From NCBI GenBank assembly GCA_002269645.1, contig NIVC01003620.1:23096-87095 (forward strand): 64,000 nt of DNA. Direction: 5' to 3'. Source of the stretch: Macrostomum lignano (lineage: Eukaryota). The notes under the pieces were generated by a model that was given only the letters and a program-made list of their open reading frames with translations, had not been told where the DNA came from and searched no databases. Made by a program: the position numbers and the translations under genes. Shown here piece after piece: positions 26,920 through 42,282 of the stretch; positions within the stretch are counted from its first letter, which is position 1; every line of letters begins with the position of its first letter.

Positions 26920-27902
26920 TTATTATCTTCACTTGTTAATAACTAAACCCCAGAATAAATGCTAAAAGCAACAAAAAGTTAAATGAATGAAATCTAATAA
27001 AATATCGATCCATTTATTTGAATAAAATAACAAAACATACCACTTGAAGTCTACAAGAAAGTAAAATATGGCTATTAAATTTTCGTACAACAAATCACGA
27101 ATCCGTAGAATACACTCGAATAACGGACGGAAAAGTTTGGAAAGCATGAATTTCGTTGGGATATAATTTGAGCAGAGGGATTGGTACGTTTTTGACATCA
27201 AATTTATGTATGCGATGCACTATAGCATGCAAGTTCATGCAATTTCAATGCGTGCGTGAGCTGAGGTTTCAAGATTTATTTTCAGAATTTCCTAGAAATC
27301 GCGCCTTGGAAAACTGATTTCGTAAAAATGAAGTAAAAATTTTATAAGCATTAAATTAGATCACCCCGTATGTACATCGCCAGTTAACGTGAAAGGCACG
27401 CGGTGATGTATTTTAGGACAAGGCAATTTTTCATTAAGTAAAGCGCACGTGTAAGCAAATAGGATTAACCAGCGGAAGAAGTCCAGCAGAAAGCGAAGCG
27501 AAGACTAATTTTGACTATGAACAATTCTTAAACTGATTTTTTCTCTGGACAATTGATTAGGTCGTCAGTTATGAAGGTATACTGCCAAATAACACACAAA
27601 ACTTTCTAAGCAATTATTAGAGCACTAAATGAACCAGGGGGCCAGTAAACAGCAACATCAGTTTTTTTACTTTTATTTCTACCCCTCTCACCCACCTCAC
27701 TCCGCAGCAGAATTTCTATCCCTCTCTCAGCCAATGGGAGCACGACCATGATTTGTCAAGCCGCCACCCACCTCACTTGATCCCTGCATTCATTCTAATT
27801 GGCTGGCTGTTCGGTAGCCAATGGGCAAAGAGCTCTTGGAAATCGATCTACTGGAGGCCGCAGACTTAAAGGGACTAATTAAACAGGATTCGTTAAAGCT
27901 GC

Positions 27903-30900
27903 TTAATGCGTGGTGGAGGCCAGATGATGCCGGCGGCAGCGCAGACACACGGTTGAGTCGCGCGCCATTCTACTCGGCAGTAGGATAGTTCGAGCGCGAA
28001 ATGTGCGACTCCGCCGACGTTCCAAGCTCTGCTGCCGGCCGGAGTTGCAGTCTAAGTCAGGCAGCACGGTGTTCATGCGCTCCAGGTCTCGTAGGGTCTC
28101 CTTCACCTCCTCCGGCAGGATCTGATGAGTGAGAATGTCCCTGAGCATGGCGGCTGTGCTCTCCCGTTTCTCAGAGGCGGTCAGCTGTTCGTGAACGCTG
28201 TAACCAACTGGGTCGACGCGACCCTCATTTGGAATATCAGCCGCTGCCGCTGTTAACCTGCTGACTGCTCCGGCTTTGACGGCCGGGTCAATGGGTGGTA
28301 GCGCTGATTGCTTCTGCTGCTGGTGCTGCTTGTGTGGCTTCTGCGATCTTTGCGATGATGATGGGGGCCTGCTACTGTTTAACTCGCTGCTGCTGCTGCC
28401 CAGGTTGCTGTTGTTGCTGACCGGTTCGCGCTGGCGTTGGGCGCTGCGCGATTCTGACCTTATTTGACCCTGAGCGAATTGCGAAACGTTACCAATTGCA
28501 TCTCGCGCTTTCGAAGCAGCGCCCTCAGCTCTTTGTACTCCTCCAGGGTGTAGGTGCGCTCGTGCTCTCGCTGCGGGCAATTTTGGGTAAAGTTGTTAGA
28601 GAGCTTGATCGCTACCAAAGGTGCTGTACAGGTACAGGTACACTTAATAGGAAGAAAAGCATCTTAGAAATGATTAAATAGGATACTTTCTCGAAGTAGA
28701 TAGGCTTTTACGCAAAGACTAAGTTAATTGCAAGTCCTATTTAACCGTAAAAAGTCGTGAGTTGAGCAGTAAATTTTGTCATACAAGTAAAGATTAACTT
28801 TGCGTACTCCTAATGTTAAATTACGAGCTAAATGCAGTTGTCATGTATATTTAGTCGTAATCTTACTCATGCTGTCCCGGGTGGCGAGTCACACCTGCGC
28901 GATCAAGAAGCAATGAATAAAGTCCGCAATCAGCACAAAATTTGGCGAATAAAGCCAATTGATACTACTGAAACTTTGCGCGCGCGCTAGTAGGGTGTTT
29001 CGCTTATCGCTGCTGAAGGTTTGCAAAAACAAACGAAAAAAATTAGAAACGGGAATCACACAGGCAGGCCATTAGGGGCTGATTAGGAAATTAGAATGTG
29101 ATTAGACGCAATGCGAGTTCGGGAGGACCCTGGAAACCATGACAACCGAGACGTGTTTATCCCATACCGTCCCATCCATTCTTTCTGTACCTGCTTCGAC
29201 TTGCCCCTGGCCTTGCCCTTCTTCGCTCTGCGCCTCTTTCCCTGTTGACCTGTTTCGCCCAGATTTGGCAGTCTTGTGCGACTCTGCTGATGAAGCTGCT
29301 GCTGATGACCAATACTGCTGCCGCTAGCCTCTCCGAGCGGCAGGTCAGCGGCGGTTTCCTCTTTGACAAGCGGCGGCTGATCAAACTGCGGCTCGCCAGA
29401 GATAATTGGCGCGCTGCTCGGTCTAATAGCCGTCTTGGCTGCCGCCACTGCTGGCGGGGTCGGCTGCGGAGGCCGGTCTGGGGTGTGGCAGCGGGGAGAG
29501 GGGTGAGAGGGATAGAGAGGCACTAGAATGACTAGATTCTAGTGAATGTACACTGTTGGGCAGTAAGTGTACATTGACCCAGGATTTTCTCTACCCCCTT
29601 TCCGTGCAAATCTAACTGCTTGTTTTGATGCTAGAGGGTCTTTCCTGCCCTTTAGACGCCCTCTTACCCTTGTACATTAAACTCTGTACATTATGTCGGC
29701 GGCATTAAGTGAACAATGGCCAGCATCGTTCAATTTATTTTTTACGCCCGGCTCACTCCCAGTCTTTTCTACCCATACGCCGATTTAACGTATGTACATT
29801 GATGTAAATTGATGTAAATTGATCCTATTACCCCCTTTCCTTTCTACTACATATTTACTAATATAAACTTTCAGTTTAAATTACTTTAGCTAGTATGCTT
29901 GTTAAGATTAACAACAATAATAACTGAGCCAAAAAGTACATTGTCAAACAATCTTTAATTCCATAAACTAACTATAAGGTTATTCTTGCATTTAAAATTC
30001 CTGTTTACAGAGCATTTTTCCTTGTTTAAAAATTGTTTAATTGTTTCCCTTTTTGGCGCTTATTTAACTTAGCTTTAATTTATGAACAAGCTATTTATGG
30101 TAAGCTTACAGGAGATAATTAAAATTAAATTGTTCGACTCCGATACAAAATTACCAGTAATAATAAAACAACGATGATTGATTGATTAGGCAACAGCAAC
30201 TAGCTACTAGTTTTGTCATGATATTGTCAACAATAATGTGCGCAATTGGTCTGGTAGCACTTTGCTGCTTCATGGGACAATTGGTAAATTAGCATGCCAA
30301 TAAAAGTATACAGGTATACAGTACCCGTAATTCTGCTGCCTGAGACCGCCGCCGCCGCCGCCGTGAGCTGCTGCTCCCCAGCCTGCCGCCCCGCCTGCCA
30401 GAGCCAACAGTGGCGGCATTGACGCTGTCCTCGGACGCAGGAAGCGACTGTTCAACTCGACAACAACTGGCGGCAGACCGGTCGGTGCCTGCAGCGACTG
30501 GCGCCCCGTGGTAGCCGGGCGTTGTCGGCGAATGGCCGGCTCCGAGAGGCGGTCTCGGCGGGCCACAATGTCTAGCAGGTGTCTCAGAAAAGCCTCTGTC
30601 GCGTTGCGAAGAGGTCGATTTATGGCGAAGGGTTGAGGGGGTCGGCGGGAGGGGGGAGCGCAAGCAGGTTAGTCACAAATGGCAAGTGATGCTTTGGTGA
30701 GCAAGCGGTTAATTATCATGCTGGTTAGTTTATAACTAAGCGCTGTTAGCGTACGCATGCACGAGCCTGCGGCAAATTTTCTTTTTTCTCTTTAGTCTTG
30801 AATTCGAATTCGCGCCAAAATCGACCAAGCACTTGTTGAGTGATGCCGTTGATTGCGATCAAATGGAAGTTCAAAATTTAAATCACCTATTCATACAAGT

Positions 30901-33900
30901 TTGACTGTACTTTCTAATGTGTACAATGGGTATTAAATAACTTTATCAGAACAAATTGAATATAGTGGCGCGAATTCAAATTCAAAATTTAAAAAAGAAA
31001 TTAATTGTTGGTTAGTTCGCTGCTAGGGCATTTATTTTATAGCTATTAATTTAATGATATTTACGTGATTAGTAGCTCATCTCAGAATGATCATTTATTT
31101 TATTGAATTCAATTTCTGCTCTAGCTCTCGTAATTTTACCTTCATCTTGAGCTTCAATCACAGCCCTGCTCGAGCTTCCAGGCTCTTCCTCATCGTCTGG
31201 GCTGAAAAGGTGACGCAGCGTGAGACAGTGAAAGCGTGCATGTAACAAAAATTTGTTTACTGGTCATTCGTTCGGCATGCAGAGTCAGGGACCACGTGCC
31301 AGGGACCACGTGTACTTTAAGAGATGGACATTTTGTGTTACAAGAAGTACAGAGAAGTTCTTTTATTAAAGCTGTAGCTATGTTTTTATACTACGCAGAC
31401 ATATTTGTTTAAATGCTATTAAATATTCGTGGAACGATTCTAAGAAATAGTTTCTTCGAAATGCTAAAAATTAAATTTAACTTTCATAGGGAAGTTTTCT
31501 TATTCTAATCTTCAAAAATTTTTCCCAATTGACGGGTACTCAACGAGCTTCTAAATTCGCCTATAGTGGTCCTTGACAACGGTGCACAGTGCTGAGAATA
31601 CTCGACTGAGTGAAATATGTACAGTCAGTGACAGCCAGTGCTCAATCATGCTCACAGGTTGGCCTGTTGCGCTTGCGCAATGGTGGTGCCGCGCGAGCTC
31701 AACCGGCTGCGCATCTCAGCCTGAGCAGTGATGAAGATTTCTTCCTCTGACTTGTAGCCCCAATCCTCTGGCTCGCTGCTGCCCAGGGTGACTCGGCGGG
31801 GCTGCTTCTTCGGCCTCATGTACACCTTCTTACCTGGGTGGATCTTGCGGTCCTCCTGCACAACGGTGGGTAGGGGGGAGGGGGTTGTTGGAAAATGCAA
31901 TTGAAATTGGCACGAGGGCACAAGTCCATGCTTTCACACGGCAGGTAGTTTGTGTGCAGTGTGTGCTGGTTCCTAGAAAATTAAGTCAAAACTAAACGAC
32001 ACTGCTGGCACTGAAAGCATTCGTTGGCAGTCGGGCAGGTGCGAAAGAGCTGCGGCAATTAAAAGCAAAAAAGTCTACAGAAAAAGCGTGTTGACACTGA
32101 AGCTGTCAACACAAAGGTAGCATATGTACAATTGTACATTCGGGACTGTTCGAGTGTACAAAATGATTTTTGCAGCTACCAATGGTTTCCGGTGCGCTTT
32201 AACAGTAGATTAAAATTATACATTAGTCCATCATCATCAGAGAGTCAGGTGAAAAACATTGTTCACCTCCGCCTCGGGCGGTTCCTGAGCTGTCTGAAAA
32301 ATTGCCATCGGCGAAATTGGGATCACTTGATCTTCGGAAGTCTAGAAGTCTGTTAGATCCAATATTTTATTAATTAACTGCACTGTTTTAGCTTTACGAT
32401 TGTTCAGTAAAATAAACCTCAGGAAAAAACTAAAAAATCGGAAGTAATTTTATTGCATTTTTACTATAAGTAGAGTAGTCAATAAAAGTTAACTATTATT
32501 AGTTTTTACGCTCGATTTGTCATCAATCCTACTGTTAGTAGAGAAGCATGAAAAATGCGCCTATTAATAAACAGTTTGAGAGCGCTTGGCTCTTTTTTAC
32601 TCACGCCCCTAGCAACGCCTTCCCATTCCCAGCTTCCTCCCGCGCTCACCTCCTTGTGGAACCTGGTCATCTGCACCACCCGGGCGCCTCGCTTAGTCTG
32701 GTCGACGTTGTCGAACCACACGCTGATCCGCCGTTCCAGGTCCACCAGGTGCTCGCTGCTGGTGTCGAAGTCCTCGAACTCGTCCAGCACCCGCCTGGCC
32801 GCCTCGTACGGGTCGTCCAGTCGGCGATGGTCGGTCGCCGCCGCGGCTCCGTCGGCACCTTCGTCGTCCGTTCCTGGCTCGTCAACGGCGAACATGGCCG
32901 CTGCGGCGGCTGGCGGCTTCCGGCCGCCCATCTTGGCCTCCTTGGCCTTCTGAGCGGCCAGCTTGCGCTCGCGCTTCATCTTGTTCCGGTAGAACACGGT
33001 GCCGGGCCCGTAGGGGTCGATCAGCGGGCCGCGGGACGGTATAAAGTGCGACATGTCCGAGTCTCTCACGTCGAAGTCGCGCTCTTTGTCGGCCTTCTGT
33101 CTGCGACGCTCCTCGGCCCGGTGAGACTCCAAAATCCGGTGGCAGAGGTTGCGAATCAGTGGCACCTGCTTGTCGAGAGCTCGGGTGACCCGCGACATCA
33201 GCTTAGTCTCGGCTTTGCGAGCCAGAATCTCCAGCGTCTGCGCCTGGTTCCGCTTGTTCAGGACCAGCCGCTCAAAGTTCTTCGAGTCCAGAACAAAGAC
33301 CTCGGTTGGTTGAACGCAGATAACGGACTGGGCGTAGGTGCTCAGGTCCATTCCGTGCTCAATGTCGCCGATCATCTCGCCTGGCCCGATCAGGGAGATT
33401 TCGACGTGCCGCTGCGACTGCCGGTGCTCGGCGGCCGCGTAGCCTCGGCGGCGGATCGGCTTGTCCCAGAGCTGCTGGTGCCGGCGCGACTGCGACCGCT
33501 CGTCTGCCGGGTTCCTGTGTGGGATCCAGCGGTGTGGGATCTAGCGGTGTGGGATCTAGCGGTGTGGGATCCAGCGGTGTGGGATCTAGCGGTGTGGGAT
33601 CCAGCGGTGTGGGATCCAGCGGTGTGGGATCTAGCGGTGTGGGATCCAGCGGTGTGGGATCTAGCGGTGTGGGATCCAGCGGTGTGGGATCTAGCGGTGT
33701 GGGATCCAGTGGTGTGGGATCCAGCGGTGTGGGATCCAGCGGTATGGGATCCCGCGGTGTCGGATCCAGCGGTGTGGGATCCAGCGGTGTGGGTTATCCA
33801 GCGGTATGGGATCCAGCGGTGTGGGATCCAGCGGTGTGGTTTATCCAGCGGTATGGGATCTAGCGGTGTGGGATCTAGCAGTGTGGGATCTAGTGGTGTG

Positions 33901-36900
33901 GTTTATCCAGCGGTATGGGATCTAGCGGTGTGGGATCCAGCGGTGTGGGATCCAGCGGTGTGGGACCCAGCGGTATGGGATCCAGCGGTGTGGGATCCAG
34001 CGGTATGGGATCCCGCGGTGTCGGATCCAGCGGTATGAGATCCAGCGGTGTGGGTTATCCAGCGGTATGGGATCCAGCGATGTGGGATCCAGCGGTGTGG
34101 TTTATCCAGCGGTATGGGATCCAGCGATGTGGGATCCAGCGGTGTGGTTTATCCAGCGGTATGGGATCCAGCGATGTGGGATCCAGCGGTGTGGGTTATC
34201 GAGCGGTATGGGATCCAGCGGTGTGGGACCCAGCGGTGTGGGATCCAGCGGTGTGGTTTATCCAGCGGTATGGGATCCAGCGGTGTGGGACCCAGCGGTG
34301 TGGGATCCAGCGGTGTGGTTTATCCAGCGGTGTGGGATCCAACAGTGCGTGCAGGAAGGTGTGAGACTTGTCGGTGCTAAGTAAGTAGTGTGGGACTTAA
34401 TGGGACCAAGAGAGGAGTGCGCCGGCTATAACGGGATCAAGAGTGTGGAATCTAGTTCGCTTACAGTGAAAATAAAGAAGAGTCTATTATATAATAGCTT
34501 ACAGATCTGTTTGGGAATTTCTGAATATTTCTCTCCCAAATGCTTTGTGCATCCCATTATTGCGGATCCCAGGTGAAGCGGCAGAGCGGCAAGGGGAGAG
34601 AGAGATCAAAGCCGGCATCAGTGGCATCAATGGTTTTACAATCAATTCAAATGAGAACAATTCTTATAGCTTTTTTTAGCCAGCTCAAAGCTAGGGGTCT
34701 CATCGATTGAGCTTGTTTATTAAATAGGATGCTGAATAGAATTTGAGCTGCATCCCGGATGTGCCGAGCTCTTTGTGATGAAGAATCTCTCCCCAAACCC
34801 TTAGTGTGCGTTTCATTCGACTATAGAAAGTGAAAAATGATTTTAAGGGCATTTAAAAACTTCAGTCTAACTTCAAACTTCAGTCTATAAAAAAATTCGG
34901 TTACATATATGTATTTTGTATCATCCTAAATCATTCTAAATCATCCTAAATCATTCTAAATCATCCTAAATCATTCTAAATCAAATCATTCTAAATCATC
35001 CTAAATCATTCTAAATCATCCTAAATCATTCTAAATCATCCTTCATCCTAAATCATTCTAAATCATCCTAAATCATTCTAAACCGTAAATCATTCTAAAT
35101 CATCCTAAATTATCCTAAATCATCATCCTAAATCATTCAAAATCATTCTAAATCATAAATCATCCTAAATCATTATAAATCATTCTAAATCATTCTAAAT
35201 CATCCTAAATCATCCTAAATCATTCTAAATCATCCTAAATCATCCTAAATCATTCTAAATCATCCTAAATCATCCTAAATCATTCTAAATCATTCTAAAT
35301 CATCCTAAATCATTCAAAATCATTCTAAATCATCCTAAATCATTCTAAATCATTCTAAATTAATCATCCTAAATCATCCTAAATCATTCTAAATAAATCA
35401 TCCTAAATCATCCTAAATCATTCTAAGTCATTATAAATCATCCTAAATCATTCTATCCGTTCTAAATCATTCTAAACCATTCAGTATGGTAGTTCATGTA
35501 TAGAAGGCTAAAATGGTAGAAAAAATGTGCTTTTTAGAGGACAACCCGCTTTGAAATGATGCAATTTTTAAGGCCTAATGCCTGATCAAAACACATTACC
35601 GAGACTGCATTAGATACGCTTGTAGTTTAATAGTACGTAGGATAGAACCTATAGAGAAAAGATGCATGCAATAATTCTAGGATACTCGTATTAGTTATAA
35701 ATGTAAGATTTGAAGTGCGCGGAAAAATGAATGGAAAGGAAAGGAAAGTTATGTAATAAAAAGACGGTTTTATTACCATCGATTGTAGCCAGCGTATCTG
35801 ACGGAATTTCTGATTCCATATTTTCTTGAATGTGAGGTTTTTTCGGTTAACAGTGTGGTGGTGGTAAATACTATAGCCAATAGGGTTGTTAATTTGGGCT
35901 TCAATAGTAATGTTAGTAAAGCTAGTTTATAGTGCTTATACAGCTTTAATGACTTATACCCTCCACCCATCCGCTGCTTCAGTGACCCTGAACCCTAAAC
36001 TCTTCTCATTGTACTTTTATTAGTTTGCTTTTTGAAAAAATGAAGTAATTATTTCATTAGAAAAACTCACTGCTCCATCAGCTTGCCCATGATCTCCCGC
36101 TGCTGCAGATCCTCTGGACTGTCGTGCAAATGCAGCTGCGGATATTGGCTGTAGTGCTGGATTATGTCAACAACCAGTTTGGCTTGACCACTGTATTTGA
36201 GGTGCAATCAATTCAGGAATTACGGGTTCTGTATCTCTGCACGCTGTGGCTATCATTTGCACAAGATTCTCTATCCCTTCCAAGTCTCTGATTGGCTAGC
36301 ACTGGTTTCTGTATCTCTTCAAACTGTAGCTATCAGTTGCGCAAGATCCTCTATCCCTTCCCAGTCTCTGATTGGCTGGCACTAGTTTCTGATTTCTTCA
36401 CATTGTAGCTATCAGTTGCGCAAGATTCCCTATCCCTTCCTAGTCTCTGATTGGCTGCTGCATTTGAAGCTTGTATATAAAACGGCATAGAAAACTCTCA
36501 ATGGCATAGAAAGGAGTCAGCGCACCTGAGAATAAAATAGAGCCCATTCAGCGCATCGCCCTGCTTCGCAATTGTCATTTCGAAGTTGAACATCTCCTTC
36601 CGCAGACTCATGGCCGCTTGCCGCTTGTACCTAGCCAGCCAATTGTCAAACACCGGACACTTGTTCACAAAATCGATTCGCTCCTTGAACTCGGCCTCTT
36701 GAACGGCCTTTAGCGACCGATTGTACAGAGCTCTGTTCACCACAATCAGCCTGGTGGTCTCGTCTGCGATGATGGACGCGTTACGGACGCAGTCTTTGTT
36801 GATCAGGGCCAGCTCGCCGAAACCTCTGCCCGCGCCTGAGGGTAAAAATTAACGATTCATCAACTAGCCTTTCGTCAACGACCTCCAAGTTAATTGCTGA

Positions 36901-39728
36901 AGGTCATCTGACATTTCTCTGAATATCTCTCCTATTTTACTCTACTTTCCGCTCTCTACTTCCGCTCTCAGCCTCCGTTTTCTCATTCATTTCCGCTCTC
37001 ACTGCAGCCGGCACTCACCGAAGCTGACAATGTACTTCCCGTACTTGGTCCGGTCCAGTTCTTTCTTTTCTCCGCTAGCCGCGTCGCTGCTGTCGTCGAC
37101 CAGCACCTGCGCCTCAGTTGGATCGTCCGGCACCGCCTCCGTGTTGATGTAAACACTGACTTTGCCGGTGAGGCAAATGTAGAAACTGATGGGATGGATA
37201 TTGCGGCGTTTCAGTTGAAGGTCAACAGCCAGTAAATCTGTCCCACTCTGTGCCTCTCAATCCCCTCTGCCGCTGCCTCTCTCCAATCTACCTCTCCCTC
37301 TCCCCCTGCCTCTCCCTCTCCCCTCTGCCTCTCCCTCTCTCCCCCTGCCTCTCCGTCTCTCCCCCTGCCTCTCCCTCTCTCCCTCCTGCCTCTCCCTCTC
37401 TCCCCTGCCTCTCCGTCTCTCCCCCTGCCTCTCCCTCTCTCCCTCCTGCCTCTCCCTCTCTCCCATCTACCTCTCTCTCTCCCCTCTGCCTCTCCCTCTC
37501 TCCCATCTGCCTCTCCCTCTTCCCTCTGCCTCTCCCTCTCTCCCCTGCCTCTCCGTCTCTCCCCCTGCCTCTCCCTCTCTCCCTCCTGCCTCTCCCTCTC
37601 TCCCATCTACCTCTCTCTCTCCCCTCTGCCTCTCCCTCTCTCCCATCTGCCTCTCCCTCTTCCCTCTGCCTCTCCCTCTCCCCCTGCCTCTCCCTCTCTC
37701 CCGTCAACCTCTCCCTCTCTCCCCTCTGCCTCTCCCTCTTCCCTCTGCCTCTCCCTCTCCCCCTGCCTCTCCCTCTCTCCCGTCAACCTCTCCCTCTCTC
37801 CCCTCTGCCTCTCCCTCTCTCCCCTGCCTCTCCCTCTCTCCCGTCTGCCGCTCCCTCTCCCATCTGCCTCTCCCTCTCTCCCATCTGCCTCTCCCTCTCT
37901 CCCCTCTGTCTCACCAGTCTCCTTGGTCTCCCTGTCGAATGATGACGTCATCGCGTGGACTCTCGCGAAATTCGCAATTTCTCAAAATATCTTTAGCCAC
38001 ATCTGCAGTTAGGAAAGTGGAGTTAAAAGCAAATTAAGAGTGCTGTTGTCGATTGGCCTTGCACTTTATGTGGGTGAAAACACCACCCCCCTTGTCACAA
38101 TTGATTTTATTGTCGCCGTCAACCCCGTGTTTGGCTGCAGATTACGACTGAGACAAGCACTGGCTCATTCCGGCCTGGCGACTGCAATCCCATGCTTAGG
38201 GAATATGTATTATGCATTAGGTTGATGGCCAAAAGCCTCACAATGGATTTATAGAGTGGCTCATTTCCGGTGCGGGGCAACTCAGCTCAACTCTCTTTCA
38301 CTGCTCAGTTTCTCCCCGCCGGGGGGGGGGGCGATGTGACAGCGCAGACGGTGCAGATAGCCGCTTCCCAACGGTCGGTCAGGTGCCGCCTGGGTGAAGC
38401 TGAAGGCCCCCCATCACTGAAGCTGGGTTAATAAGCGATGAAGCTAAGATGATTTATAAATGTGGTGGTTGCTGGGACCAAGGGCAGGCATGCGCACGGC
38501 AGTATGGGCATGCAGTGCTCAGACGTATTTTTTTACTCAAGCATACGAGCGCCAACGTGCCAAACAGCGGGTTGCCATGGCAACTGCTGGCTTAGTGCGG
38601 AAGGGAATCGCTGAGTCAGTGAATCTCAGTCAGTCAGTCAGTCAGGGATCAGTTGCCACGGGAGCCAGTCTCCTCCCCTCTCCGGCTCCGAGACAATTAC
38701 CTTGAGCACACAAAGGACGCGGCTGCTCATGCTGCAGGGTCTGTACTCTGATTTTCTAACTGCTTTTTTAGAAGCACAGAAGGAGGCAGTTTCGTGATGA
38801 GGCAGGATTTATTTTATAGTCGATTAATTCCTTATTCCAAGCTCCTCTATTTGAGGAGTTGATTGAGATGGAAGGTAATGAGCGATGAATATTTGCCAAT
38901 CTCTCTCTTAGTGGCTGGGTGTGAGAAATGTAAATTCAGCCCGGTGAGCGTGTTTGCCTAATGAAAATTTATACAGTGACTACTCAATAGGGAAGGAGTG
39001 CGAGTTCTCTCAGGTTCTCCAGGTAAGTGGTGCAAGAATTCAGAATTGAGGAGGGATTCACAAAGTTGAGAAACGTATGATTAAAGTTGAGAAGCGCATG
39101 AAGCCTATGACCAAAGTTAAGTAGCCTATGACCAAAGTTAAGTAGCCTATGACCAAAGTTAAGTAGCCTATGACCAAAGTTAAGAAGCTTATGACCAAAG
39201 TTAAGAAGGGTATGACCATGTTGAGAAGCTTATGACCATAGTTGAGAAGCGTATGACCAAAGTTGAGAAGCGTATGACTAAATTTGAGAAGAGTTTGGCC
39301 AAAATTACAAAGCATATGATCAAAGTTGAAAAGTCACGAGTAATGACCAAAGTTAAGAAGCCTATGACCAAAAGTAAGAAGCGTGTAATGACCAAAGTTG
39401 AGAAGCTTATGAGCAAAGTTACTTGTAAGAAACCTATGACCAAATTTAAGTAGCATATGACCAAAGTTAAAAAGCCTATATGACCAAAGTTAAGAGCTGA
39501 TGACCAAAGTTGAGAAACCTATGACCAAAGTTAAGAAACTCTGACCAATAGCGCACAGTATAGTTGAAGTCAAACAGTTCAATAAATAATTTCAGATAAA
39601 CAATATTTACCTGGCTTAATCTTCAACGGGCACTTCGTTAGAAACCAGCCGACCAGTTCGTTCAGTTCCGAGTCGTGCCGCTGCACAGGCGGCTTGCTGA
39701 TGCACTCAACTATCTGCTCCAGCGACAT
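27903..39728 (-). CDS. Cyclic nucleotide-binding domain protein (CNBD1/CNBD2-like, two CNB domains), about 1030 aa
   Basis: Exons 5' to 3': 39728-39611, 38002-37915, 37185-37019, 36835-36526, 36190-36071, 33514-32650, 31855-31656, 31201-31140, about 30595-30320, 29477-29191, 28570-28493, 28430-27903. CNB1: IIRQGDQGDCFY..GFGELALINKDCVRNASII. CNB2: AKQGDALNGLYFILSG..GPGEMIGDIE. The first 8 exons are firm; the last four junctions are tentative. Confidence 0.85.
30798..30985. mobile_element. MITE-like 188-bp segment bounded by 20-bp inverted repeats
   Basis: TTGAATTCGAATTCGCGCCA (30798-30817) versus TGGCGCGAATTCAAATTCAA (30966-30985), 19/20 complementary. No clear TSD. Confidence 0.5.
33515..34345. 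repeat. 15-bp minisatellite (GGATCCAGCGGTGTG) abutting the acceptor of CNBD exon 6
   Basis: Period 15. The minus-strand acceptor CCCACACAG is formed from the terminal unit. Confidence 0.95.
34918..35480. repeat. 10-bp minisatellite (AAATCATCCT/AAATCATTCT)
   Basis: Period 10, intronic. Confidence 0.95.
36230..36460. repeat. Diverged tandem repeat of about 80 bp, about 3 copies (..CAAGATTCTCTATCCCTTCC..AGTCTCTGATTGGCT..)
   Basis: The motif CTATCCCTTCC.AGTCTCTGATTGGCT recurs near 36270, 36350 and 36430. Confidence 0.7.
37258..37910. repeat. CT-rich degenerate minisatellite (CTCTCCCCTCTGCCTCTCCCT-like)
   Basis: Fills the CNBD intron 37186-37914. Confidence 0.93.
39065..39548. repeat. Degenerate 21-bp minisatellite (ATGACCAAAGTTAAGAAGCCT)
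   Basis: Recurring ATGACCAAAGTT core in CNBD intron 1. Confidence 0.9.
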
Positions 39729-40929
39729 GGCCGAGATTCAGTCGGGTGCGGAGTGATTCTTGACTGCAGGACTGGTGCTTCCCCTTGGCTGCCGCTTGTC
39801 AGGTCGGGGCAGGCAAACAGGCAGAGTTTGCAGTGGCCGCCACTATTGCGGCTTCTCTTGTTATGTAGCCGCTGCCTCTTTACGGTGCCTCATCTCGCCT
39901 TCTCTCCCCCCACCCAACTCCTAGCCGTCCCCCTTAGTAACCGGGGCTTGACAACTGTATTGGCGGCCAATAAAAGATGAGGCGGCTGCACTGCCTCTAT
40001 AACTGAATCTTTTTAGAGAGAGTAGCAATTGGAGTGCTGGGGAGTGCGGGCGGCAAGGCAGGGGCAGAGAGCTGAGAGGGTGCGAGCATGCAGTGAACTC
40101 AGGGCCTCAGTGGATAGCTGAATAACTGCTGCAGGCTCTTCTTCATTGTGACATTGTGCTACCCGCAGATAAAATTGAGAACAATACAATAATATGACAC
40201 GCTGCCGAAATGCACTGGCCATGCAGAAGCTAATAGTTTTTGTCTACTGCCGTATCTAATAGTTTATTATTGTCAATAAATCTTGCCTGCACCTGGGCTG
40301 TACCTGCTGGGCGTTCGGGCGAAAAACGAAGGCTCTGCTTTTGCACTCAAGTAGGCACTATACCTGAGCAATGTACTGCTGAAAACAGCCTATATAAGAG
40401 TAGAAATATTAATTAAATATAATTATTAATTTTAGTAATTAGTAAATCAATACTCATCAATATCATACGCCAGAGCAGACGATCTGAGCAGTGCAGGGCG
40501 CTCCCTACCTGGCCAAAAACAAATTGAAACCATAAAATATTGAACTGCGACTTGACAGGTTTATTGCCTGAACCGACTCGGGTCCTGGCCCAGTTCATTT
40601 TTTATATATTTCTCTCTCTCCCTCTCTCCGACTCAAGTCGCACCTGCAATGAATTTTTTTTAGTCAAGAGTGTTTTATGGCTTTCATTTTTTTGGGCTAG
40701 ATCTCGAACTCTTACTGAACTTCAAAGTGGCGCAAGTTTACTTTGAAGTCTGGGATGGAGCTTAAATAAAATGCTGCACCTCGAGAGCAATAAACTTTTC
40801 AGTGAAATTGAGAAGCCTGAGGCTGGGTTCGAAACGAATTTGAACTCGCGCTAATTTTTTATTTGGAAGGATAAAAGTAAAGCTAGTTCCTTTGTGAATA
40901 AATATTTGTCCATGACCCCTAATGGCTGA

Positions 40930-42022
<1,093 letters not shown>

Positions 42023-42282
42023 TAGACCGTTTTAATTTTAAAGAGCTGTTCAATCTGAGGAAAAGTGAGGAAAAATGAGACTTTCCTCACTGGCGAAAGT
42101 TTAGGCTTGGATTGGAGTGTCAGCGTGGTAAGCACTGCTTACCGTCAGACTGCTGGCGGTTAAGTAAAGTGCTGAACCTCGAGAGCAATAAACTTTTTCG
42201 GTGGAATTGAGAGGCCTGAGGCTGGTTTCGAAACTTGAATTTGAACTCGCGCCTTGAAGGGTTTCCGGTTAAATAGAAGCTG

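Noticed and set aside
29553-29586. 10-bp hairpin AATGTACACT..AGTGTACATT
   Set aside because: Short and intronic, with no other support.
32548-34038. 496-aa plus-strand ORF
   Set aside because: Antisense shadow of CNBD exon 6 plus the 15-bp array.
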